Shown here: positions 62,001 through 64,000 of the stretch, in pieces
Layout: every line of letters begins with the position of its first letter
Position numbering within the stretch: the stretch's first letter is position 1
Assembly (NCBI GenBank): GCA_965203445.1
Contig: OZ241883.1
Span: forward strand, 608,001 to 672,000
DNA length: 64,000 nucleotides
DNA from: Candidatus Oxydemutator sp.
GTDB lineage: Bacteria; Pseudomonadota; Gammaproteobacteria; Poriferisulfidales; Oxydemutatoraceae
Reading direction: 5' to 3'
Made by a program: the position numbers and the translations under genes
The notes under the pieces: generated by a model
Databases searched by the model: none
What the model was told of the DNA's origin: nothing
The model's input: only the letters and a program-made list of their open reading frames with translations

Positions 62001-64000
62001 CGTTGTGCAAGCCCACGTTGCGGATCACGCCGACGGCGCTCACGGCGCCGAACAGACCCATGTGATACGACGCCCCGTCCCTGGTCATCGTCAGATTGCT
62101 GATGACGTGGCCGTTGCCTTCAAAAACGGCGCTGTAATAATCCGCATCCCTCAGCGCATCCCTCAGCCTCAGCCCCGTACGGGAGTAATCGGTGTCCCCA
62201 CCCAGCGGCGTCCAGTTCAAGCCGGACAAGTCCAGATCGCTCGACAACTCGTAGCCGGTGCACGTGCTCGGACAGGTCTGCAACGCGCCGAAAACGGGAA
62301 ACGCCGCAAAATAAGCGGATTTGTTAGTCTTGCCCACGCCCGCTATCCCGGCACCGCCCAGGTCATAGCGTATCGCCGCCAACTGCGACGTCGTCGCCAC
62401 CTCTATCAGGGTGTCGTCGTCCTCGTCGTAGTCTATCCCGTCGCTGAACTCGATCGTGGTGCTGACGGGAAGCGGCACGCCCAAAGCCACGCCCTCCGGC
62501 GCCCCCGCGAACCTCGCGTCGCTCAACACAATCGCGATGACCTCGGACGGCTCGGGAACGCCGTCAGCACGCACCCTCAACGAAAACGACGCGCTGGCGG
62601 CGCCGGCTGCGATGACCACGCTGCCCGCGGTCGTGCCGACAAAGTCGTCGGCGTCGACTTCGCCGCCACCCACCGACCAATTCCAACTCGCGCTCACCCC
62701 CGCCGGCAAGGCCCCCGGCAAGCGCACCACGTAACTCGCGGTCCCGCCTTCCGGCACCACCGCACTGCCGGCGAGCGCCGGCGTAAGAATTACCTCCGGC
62801 CGCGCCTCCTGCTGCGACGTACGACGCGCCACCTCCGTCTCGGTAGCGCCGCCGAACACCAATACCGGGTAATCAAACTCGGTGCCGAAATCCCACGGCG
62901 CGTCGTCGTTCAAGTCGCCGTCGCGTCCCTGATCCACGTCGTCCACGTTCAACTGGTCCCAACCCGCGTAGATGGTGTCCGTCACCGTGGTGGGAAAAAG
63001 CAACTCGGCCGACAACCTCGGGGTGTGGTCCGGATCCGGCGAATTCCTTCCGCAGCAGCTGCTCTGGCTGCTGCGCTCTTTGTCAAAATAACTGGACTCC
63101 ACCACGGAACCGGTAACCCTGCTCCCTATCAAACCATTGGCCGATGCCCCCGTCGGTCTGCCGACGGAGTAACTGGCTGTCACCGTCCCCTCGGATCGGT
63201 CTGAACCCACGAGGCCGCCCGCGTTCGCCCCACCTGCATGCACTTCCACGTCGGCGTAACTCGCCACCACCTCACCGCCATTGATTCCTATCAAGCCGCC
63301 CACCGAGGTTCCGCCGGATATGCGACCGCCACTGACGTAACTCGCCGCCACTTTGCCGCCGTTGGTTCCCACCAGCGCACCGGCACTCTCGCTATCACGA
63401 CCCAGGCTCATCCGCGCGTTACGCAAGCCCACGTTGCGGATCCTGCCGCCGGCGCCCACGTTGCCGAACAGACCCACGTGAAACCATCGCCCACTCCTGG
63501 CCACCCGCAGATTGCTGATGACGTGGCCGTTGCCTTCAAAAACCGCGGTGTAAACATCCCCCGGAAGGTCTTCCAGCCTGACGCCCCCGCCTAGCGGCGT
63601 CCAGCCCGCGCCCGGCGCCGGTTCCACGTCGGACAGGTCCAGATCATTCGACAGCTCGTAGCCGGTACACGTGCTGGGACAGGTCTGCCCGTCGCCGAAA
63701 AAGGGAAACGCCGCCAGATAAGCGGCCCTGTTCGCGTCGCCGCTCACGCCCGCTATCCCGACACCGCCCAGGTCGTAGCGGATCGCCGCCAACTGCGACG
63801 TCGTCGCCACCTCTATCAAGGTGTCGTCGTCAACGTCGTAGTCTTTCGCGTCGCTCGCCTCGATGGTGGTGCTGACGGAAAGCGGCACGCCCAAACCCAC
63901 GTGCGCGGGCGCCCCCGCGAGCCTCGCGCCCGTCAACGTTACCACCAGGGCCTCGGACAACTCGGACACGCCGTCTGCGCGCACTGCCACCGAAAACGAC
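37285..64000 (-). CDS. Giant repeat protein C (partial, >8,900 aa): at least 18 GLUG-like beta-helix/Calx-beta modules, terminal Calx-beta, C-terminal dockerin-like domain; putative adhesin
   Basis: ORF 37285-63990 starts mid Calx-beta domain and the frame is open to the window edge, so the true start is upstream. C-terminus is highly similar to that of B. Confidence 0.93.
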   Translation of the reverse strand, partial: SFSVAVRADGVSELSEALVVTLTGARLAGAPAHVGLGVPLSVSTTIEASDAKDYDVDDDTLIEVATTSQLAAIRYDLGGVGIAGVSGDANRAAYLAAFPFFGDGQTCPSTCTGYELSNDLDLSDVEPAPGAGWTPLGGGVRLEDLPGDVYTAVFEGNGHVISNLRVARSGRWFHVGLFGNVGAGGRIRNVGLRNARMSLGRDSESAGALVGTNGGKVAASYVSGGRISGGTSVGGLIGINGGEVVASYADVEVHAGGANAGGLVGSDRSEGTVTASYSVGRPTGASANGLIGSRVTGSVVESSYFDKERSSQSSCCGRNSPDPDHTPRLSAELLFPTTVTDTIYAGWDQLNVDDVDQGRDGDLNDDAPWDFGTEFDYPVLVFGGATETEVARRTSQQEARPEVILTPALAGSAVVPEGGTASYVVRLPGALPAGVSASWNWSVGGGEVDADDFVGTTAGSVVIAAGAASASFSLRVRADGVPEPSEVIAIVLSDARFAGAPEGVALGVPLPVSTTIEFSDGIDYDEDDDTLIEVATTSQLAAIRYDLGGAGIAGVGKTNKSAYFAAFPVFGALQTCPSTCTGYELSSDLDLSGLNWTPLGGDTDYSRTGLRLRDALRDADYYSAVFEGNGHVISNLTMTRDGASYHMGLFGAVSAVGVIRNVGLHNARVELAAGVLGGGGDGGNQVGALVGRNEGKVAASYVIGGRVSGEEVVGGLVGGNFGVVVASYADAEVYIESGPTGGGLVGGSIVGSVVSASYSVGATTGRIDPSDNIARGMPSGLIGIKAIAAVVESSYFDTGRSGQSRCCGNSVPSPDNTPQTSNQLRAPTTAAGTIYAGWDQLNVDDVDQTGDDDLNDDAPWDFGTVFDYPVLVFGGATETMAMRRTSQQEAQPAVILAATLTGSVTVSEGEAASYVVSLPEALPTGASVRWDWVVGGGEAGIADFVGTTGVVVIGSGASSASFSVEVFDDAIPELSEVMVVTLSSAMPTGAPARARLGVPVSVRTAVEASDQMDYDRDDDTLIEVATTSQLAAIRYDLGGAGLAGVSSANEAAYRAYLAAFPFFGENETCPSTCTGYELSADLDLSAIPDWTPLGGGVRLEDFPGDFYTAVFEGNGHVISNLRVIGGGRRYHVGLFGAVGADGTVRNVGLRNARVGPLGSDSTYAGALVGRNEGTVAASYVIGGHISGASGVGGLIGDHRGRLVASYADVEVHADGSSVGGLVGEGRAASVVSASYSVGATTGSGTVGGLIGNRVAGAVVESSYFDAERSGLSGCCGSNPPSPDKTSKTSSQLRVPTTAAGTIYEGWDQLNVDRVDQGGDDDYNDDAPWDFGSAFDYPVLVFGGATETEMARRTSQREAQPQVSLAAALTGSVTVSEGEVASYVVRLPEALPTGASVRWHWEVGGGEVGDDDFVGATSGSVVIASGAVSASFSVTVLDDAVPEPSEVLVVTLSSAMPTGAPARARVGVPISVRTTIEASDQIDYDDDNDTLIDVATTSQLAAIRHDLGGAGIAGVSSADEAAYLAAFPFFGDGQTCPSTCTGYELSTDLDLSDVPNWTPIGGGITRAPWNYVPPERRYQAVFEGNGHVISNVTIRSTNNATARFDSVGFFGAVGVTGRIRNVGLNNVHTDVASRSVGAGALAGYNAGKVAACYVVGDGRQVRGGWDLGGLVGRLDGGVVVASYADVPVHQRSRGQNVGGLIGVVVNGGIVSASYALSRLTRDGDGLQGSPSGGLVGGYGSGTIQASYFDEGRSGQSDCCGNNRPTTDTAPRTSAQLRAPTAAAGTIYEGWDRLNVDGVDQGRDGDYNDDAPWDFGTTFDYPVLVFGGATDTQAARRTSQQQAQPQVILAPTLAGSATVSEGGTASYVVRLPEVLPTGVSASWSWAVGGEVDIADFVGTTAGNVVIEAGASSASFLLIVRADGEPELSEVLVVTLTDARLTGAPAHVSIGVPVSVRTTIELSDGTDYDDDDDTLIEVATTSQLAAIRYDLGGAGITGVVGKANRLAYFAAFPVFDEKQTCPSTCTGYELSADLDLSSVEPAPGAGWTPLGGGGDSLLDNYYTAVFEGNGHVISNLRVARGGRLSHTGLFGAVSAVGTVRNVGLRDARVSLGDHSTYIGALVGRNEGKVVASYVSGGRISGVWAVGGLIGGNYGRLVASYADVEVHAGGANAGGLVGEAGGASVVSASYAVGAATGNDKVGGLIGNRRVGGVVESSYFDVERSLRASCCGTNPGDLNNFAPKTSSQLRAPTTAAGTIYEGWDKLNVDRVDQGRDGDYNDDAPWDFGSVFDYPVLVFGGATDTQVARRTSQQRTQPRVSLAPTLAGSATVSEGEVASYVVRLPEVLPTGVTVSWSWTVGGDVGAADFVGTTAGSVVIGSGAVSASFSVTVLDDAVPELSEVLMVTLTGARLTGAPARGVSFGVPVSVRTTIELSDGTDYDDDNDTLIDVETTSQLAAIRYDLGGAGITGVGKTNKSAYFAAFPFFDAKQTCPSTCTGYELSADLDVSSVNPAPGAGWTPLGGGGDSLLDNYYTAVFEGNGHVVSNLRVARGGRLSHAGLFGAVGAGGVIRNVGLRNARVSVGDHSTFIGALVGRNDGEVAASYVSGGRISGVWGVGGLIGGHYGRLVASYADVEVHADGGTVGGLVGQAFVPSVVSASYSVGKPTGNTVGGLLGQRAVGAVVESSYFDVERSLRAGCCGTNPGDLNNVAPKTSSKLRVPTTAAGTIYEGWDKLNVDRVDQGRDGDLNDDAPWDFGTVFDYPVLVFGGATDTRQARRTLQQQAQGVILAPTLVGSATVPEGGTASYVVSLPEVLPAGVSASWNWAVGGVDVDAADFVGTTAGSVVIESGAVSASFSVRVFDDAVPELSEVLVVSLTGARLTGAPARVGVGVPVSVRTAIELSDGTNYDTDGDTLIEVRTTLQLAAIRHDLGGAGIAGVSDTNRANYFEAFSFFDEKQTCPSTCTGYELSADLDLSGIPDWTPIGGGIRRGSLPGNFYTAVFEGNGHVVSNLRVNRPGQRWYNVGLFGAVGAGGRIRNVGLRDARIFLGLESVYTGALVGRNEGKVAASYVIGGLIDGVHEIGGLIGGNFGRVVASYADVEVFAPRSAGGGLVGLGGAASVVSASYSVGRTAGWRTVAGLIGQHSDNTAVVESSYFDRERSGQSRCCGTYPPSPDNTSKTSNELRVPITATGTIYAGWDKLNVDDVDQGDDGDYNDDAPWDFGSVFDYPVLVFGGATETMAMRRTSQRQAQPQVSLAPTLTGSATVPEGGTASYVVSLPLVLPAGVSASWNWSVGGDEVDGDDFVGATTGSVVIESGTVSASFSVKVRDDDAPELSEVLMIALTGARLTGAPARVSVGVPAAVMTTIEFSDGIDYDDDNDSLIEVATTSQLAAIRHDLGGAGIAGVGKTNKSDYFAAFPVFGALQTCPSTCTGYELSNDLDLSGVDWTPLGGGARAVQPGNVPPVGIRYRAIFDGNGHVIRNVRIRSPSRNWHFVGLFGALGEAGWVRNVGLRDVEVEVQGGYGGSTGTAALVGYSYGRVAASYVSGGSVRGGWEVGGLVGANGGTLIASYADVSVAATERSLGGLVGRMLGSGVVSASYSVGRVLTSAGPRSVGGLVGGRSGSSVLSASYFDSERSGQSRCCGERVPGTDDAPKTSSELRTPTTATGTIYEGWDQLDVDGVDQGRDGDYNDDAPWHFGTVFDYPVLVFAGATATTVARRASQIEAQQTVTLRGSATVAEGETAEYTVGVPIEVPRPVTVSWVVAAVAGSDGAMPGDFRAGATATTALADFPTGTAIIMTGSSRTTFSVHVFDDQNAENPERFQVSVNLVADAGAEVALRSALPLVTTIEVSAGTDYDVDDDTLIEVETTSQLAAIRYDLGGVGPAGVSAANEEDYYAAFPFFDEARTCPSTCTGYELSADLDLSSIPDWTPLGGGVETLLEEDYYTAVFEGNGRVISNLRVARDGQFSHAGLFGAVSAVGVIRNVGLRNARVSLGAHSTYIGALVGRNDGQVAASYVSGGRISGASAVGGLIGDHRGRLVASYADVEVHAEESNVGGLVGEAGGASVVSASYSVGRPTGGTVGGLIGNRRVGAVVESSYFDRERSGRSRCCGTNPPTPDDASKASVELFFPTTAAGTIYEGWNQLNVDAVDQGDDGDYNDDAPWDFGGAFDYPVLVFGGSTETVQARRTSQRQAQRIILTPTLAGSETVSEGEVASYVVSFPMALPAGVATSWSWVVGGGEVGSADFVGTTAGSVVITSDVVSASFSVRVFDDAIPEFSEVLVVTLTGARLTGAPARVTSGVVSMMTTIEFSDGTDYDTDGDALIEVTTRSQLDAIRHDLGGAGLAGVSGDANRSAYLAAFPFFDERRTCVNTCAGYELSNDLDLSGMDWTPIGGGTRVRTRNNVPPAGIRYQGVFEGNGHVIRNMRIRSPSRPWHYVGLFSTLGGDGRVRNVGLRDVVVDVQGGREGSLGTGALVSFSYGQVAASYVSGGSVRGGSWVGGLMGVNLGTLVASYADVSVAGTDRSLGGLAGGMSGSGVVRASYSVSRVLPGEDSRSVGGLVGGRSRRSVLSASYFDSERSGQSRCCGERVPSTDNAPKTSSELRVPIAAAGTIYEGWDQLDVDRVDQGRDGDYNDDAPWHFGTVFDYPVLVFGGATATMVARRASQLGAQQTVTLRGSATVAEGETAEYTVGVPIEVPRPVTVSWVVAAVAGSDGAMPGDFRAGATATTALADFPAGTAIIMTGSSRTTFSVHVFDDQGAEDPERFQVDASIVADAGAELALRGALPSVTTIEASAGTDYDADADGLIDVETTSQLAMIRHDLGGVGPAGVGSANRAAYYAAFPFFDEKRTCPSTCTGYELSGDLDLSDVADWTPIGGGLGVEYPVDYYTAVFEGNGRVISNLTMTGDGQRYHVGLFGAVGADGAIRNVGLRNARVDLGHSSTYTGALVGRNEGKVAASYVIGGRVSGASRVGGLIGGHYGSLVASYADVEVHAEGSNAGGLVGEAGGASVVSASYSVGVTTGTATAGGLIGNRVVGAVVESSYFDAERSGLSRCCGTNVPTTDTAPRTSSQLRVPTTTAGTIYAGWDQLNVDGLDRGRDGDLNDDAPWDFGSVFDYPVLVFGGATDTEAARRTLQREAQPAVSLAPTLTGSETVSEGGTASYVVRLPQALPPGVRARWDWSVGGGEVDADDFVGVTASSVAIESGAVSASFSLRVRVDGEPELSEVLVVTLTGARLTGAPARVSLGVPLSVRTIIEASDETIYNGDGDTLIDVETTSQLAAIRYDLGGVGPAGVSDANRAAYYAAFPFFDEKRTCPSTCTGYELSNDLDLSDVADWTPIGGGSGVEYPVDYYTAVFEGNGRVISNLRVTGDGQRYHVGLFGAVGAVGTIRNVGLRNARVVLGHSSTYTGALVGRNEGKVAASYVSGGRVSGASRVGGLIGGHYGSLVASYADVEVHAEESDAGGLVGEAGGASVVSASYSVGVTTGTATVGGLIGNRVVGAVVESSYFDAERSGLSRCCGTNAPSSDDTSKTSSELRVPTTTAGTIYEGWDQLNVDGVARGRDGDLNDDSPWDFGSVFEYPVLVFGGSTETMQARRTLQREAQPAVSLAPTLAGSETVSEGGTASYVVRLPQALPPGVRVRWDWSVGGGEVDADDFVGVTASSVAIESGAVSASFSVAVFDDDAPELSEVLVVTLTGARLTGAPARGVDLGMPVSVRTIIEASDETIYNGDGDTLIDVETTSQLAAIRYDLGGVGPAGVSSANRAAYYAAFPFFDEKRTCPSTCTGYELSADLDLDSIADWTPIGGGSGVEYPVDYYTAVFEGNGRVISNLTMTGNGQRYHVGLFGAVGADGAIRNVGLRNARVDLGRSSTYSGALVGRNEGKVAASYVIGGRVSGAFGVGGLIGGHYGSLVASYADVEVQAEESNAGGLVGEAGGASVVSASYSVGVTTGTATAGGLIGNRVVGAVVESSYFDAERSGLSRCCGTNAPSSDTAPKTSSELRVPTTTAGTIYAGWDQLNVDGLDRIGDGDLNDDAPWDFGSVFEYPVLVFGGSTETMQARRTLQREAQPAVSLAPTLAGSETVSEGGTASYVVRLPQALPPGVRASWDWSVGGGEVDIADFIGVTASSVAIESGAVSASFSVGVFDDDEPELSEVLVVTLTGARLTGAPARVSLGVPLSVRTTIEASDETIYNGDGDTLIDVETTSQLAAIRYDLGGVGPAGVGKTNKSAYYAAFPFFDEKRTCPSTCTGYELSGDLDLSDVADWTPIGGGSGVEAPVDYYTAVFEGNGHVISNLTMATDGQRYHVGLFGAVGADGAIRNVGLRNARVDLGRSSTYTGALVGRNEGKVAASYVSGGRISGASRVGGLIGGHYGSLVASYADVEVHAEESNAGGLVGEAGGASVVSASYSVGVTTGTATAGGLIGNRVVGAVVESSYFDAERSGLSRCCGTNAPSPDDTSKTSSELRVPTTTAGTIYAGWDQLNVDGLDRIGDGNLNDDSPWDFGSVFDYPVLVFGGATDTEAARRTSQREAQPAVSLAPTLTGSETVSEGGTASYVVRLPQALPPGVRARWDWSVGGGEVDADDFIGATTGNVAIVSGAVSASFSVGVFDDDEPEFSEVLVVTLTGARLTGAPARGVDLGMPLSVRTIIEASDETIYNGDGDTLIDVETTSQLAAIRYDLGGVGLAGVSSANRAAYYAAFPFFDEKRTCPSTCTGYELSADLDLDSIADWTPIGGGSGVEYPVDYYTAVFEGNGRVISNLTMTGNGQRYHVGLFGAVGAGGAIRNVGLRNARVVLGRSSTYTGALVGRNEGKVAASYVIGGRISGASGVGGLIGGHYGRLVASYADVEVHAEGSNAGGLVGEAGGASVVSASYSVGVTTGTATVGGLIGNRVVGAVVESSYFDAERSGLSRCCGTNAPSSDDTSKTSSELRVPTTTAGTIYAGWDQLDVDGLDRGRDGNLNDDAPWDFGSVFEYPVLVFGGSTETVQARRTSQREAQPAVSLAPTLAGSETVSEGGTASYVVRLPQALPPGVRASWDWSVGGGEVDAADFVGTTAGNVVIVSGAVSASFSVGVRDDDAPEFSEVLVVTLTGARLTGAPARGVDLGMPVSVRTIIEASDETIYNGDGDTLIDVETTSQLAAIRYDLGGVGPAGVSSANKAAYYAAFPFFDEKRTCPSTCTGYELSNDLDLSDVADWTPIGGGSGVEYPVDYYTAVFEGNGRVISNLRVTGDGQRYHVGLFGAVGAVGTIRNVGLRNARVVLGHSSTYTGALVGRNEGKVAASYVSGGRVSGASRVGGLIGGHYGSLVASYADVEVHAEESDAGGLVGEAGGASVVSASYSVGVTTGTATVGGLIGNRVVGAVVESSYFDAERSGLSRCCGTNAPSSDDTSKTSSELRVPTTTAGTIYEGWDQLNVDGVARGRDGDLNDDSPWDFGSVFEYPVLVFGGSTETMQARRTLQREAQPAVSLAPTLAGSETVSEGGTASYVVRLPQALPPGVRVRWDWSVGGGEVDADDFVGVTASSVAIESGAVSASFSVTVFDDDAPELSEVLVVTLTGARLTGAPARGVDLGMPVSVRTIIEASDETIYNGDGDTLIDVETTSQLAAIRYDLGGVGPAGVSSANRAAYYAAFPFFDEKRTCPSTCTGYELSNDLDLSDVADWTPLGGGSGVEAPVDYYTAVFEGNGRVISNLTMTGNGQRYHVGLFGAVGADGAIRNVGLRNARVVLGRSSTYTGALVGRNEGKVAASYVSGGRISGASGVGGLIGGHYGSLVASYADVEVHAEESNAGGLVGEAGGASVVSASYSVGVTTGTATVGGLIGNRVVSAVVESSYFDAERSGLSRCCGTNAPSSDDTSKTSSELRVPTTAAGTIYAGWDQLDVDGLDRRGDGDLNDDSPWDFGSVFDYPVLVFGGATDTEAARRTSQREAQPAVSLAPTLTGSETVSEGGTASYVVRLPQALPPGVSVRWDWSVGGGEVDADDFVGVTASSVAIVSGAVSASFSVGVRDDDEPEFSEVLVVTLTGARLTGAPARGVDLGMPVSVRTIIEASDETIYNGDGDTLIDVETTSQLAAIRYDLGGVGLAGVGKTNKSAYYAAFPFFDEKRTCPSTCTGYELSGDLDLSDVADWTPIGGGSGVEYPVDSYTAVFEGNGRVINNLTMTGNGQRYHVGLFGAVGAAGVIRNVGLRNARVDLGRSSTYTGALVGRNEGKVAASYVIGGRISGASGVGGLIGGHYGGLVASYADVGVHAEESNAGGLVGEAGGASVVSASYSVGVTTGTATAGGLIGNRVVGAVVESSYFDAERSGLSRCCGTNAPSSDDTSKTSSELRVPTTTAGTIYAGWDQLNVDGLDRGRDGDLNDDAPWDFGSVFDYPVLVFGGSTETMQARRTSQREAQPAVSLAPTLAGSETVSEGGTASYVVRLPQALPPGVSVRWDWSVGGGEADADDFIGVTASSVVIESGAVSASFSLRVRVDGEPELSEVLAVTLTGARLTGAPARVVLGVPSTVARTTIEANELSQVTVAATSATVSESTTATFTIALSGGGDRAVVVDYEIAAASEGLTHEDLAAVHVAGRGAAGVRSVVSLPFTGSVVLNEAGVARIEVGVPSDGIGDEGRERFRLRLTGCPNCVTHLAELGTPSFADVGIFSERVVVVDARVVLQGALLAGAGRMRSDLAGLLPRRQPYGALPWEHPVTTTVPHAGAAVGLASVTSTIVDWVLVELRTGQNTTAAASSRPPTGGRAAGLLLSDGRIVGINEAASSVADALSLGGVRFEAELSEGEDLYVLIHHRNHLSVMSAIPAAATTGAGCEADYCVDFRVGQSHGGGQIAVGAGVYAMVAGDVDRNGVIDERDEVLIRVYNLSSLGAGDYRAAAAAGHYAVDADVDFDGEVLSADRYFVIENEGRRRMFSVH
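38480..64000 (-). repeat. Array of at least 18 beta-helix/Calx-beta modules in gene C; the last 8 are near-identical with a 1392-1395 bp period
   Basis: 18 caps counted in the translation. Marker GTTGTAGAT at 39853, 41248, 42643, 44038, 45433, 46825 and 48220. Confidence 0.88.

Noticed and set aside
1-64000. Diversity-generating retroelement as the source of variation
   Set aside because: No reverse transcriptase or non-coding template repeat in the window. Differences include indels and did not look adenine-specific by eye; a trans-acting element is not formally excluded.

Overview
This GC-rich window is almost entirely three head-to-tail, minus-strand paralogous giant genes: A (<1-9587/9615, 3' end outside the window and missing from the ORF track), B (9928-36972, ~9,000 aa, complete) and C (37285->64000, 5' end outside). 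The shared architecture is a Sec-type signal peptide, a stalk of PKD/Ig-like repeats (2 in A, 48 in B), tandem ~465-aa modules (Asp-rich cap, Cys-containing GLUG-like beta-helix, Calx-beta spacer; 7+ in A, 8 in B, 18+ in C), then a conserved C-terminal domain ending in dockerin-like Ca-binding loops. A and B are each preceded by the same ~310-bp intergenic block with an extended -10 (TGATATAAT) and a 25-27 nt poly-G tract starting at the G of the ATG. As assembled, the tract leaves B in frame and A out of frame. The beta-helix modules have a nucleotide-conserved framework with hypervariable loops, and near-identical blocks recur in new combinations within and between genes. My inference is a phase-variable, recombination-shuffled repertoire of giant surface proteins. 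Domain names come from motif recognition by eye, not database searches. I saw no RNA genes, transposases, recombinases, reverse transcriptase or CRISPR.
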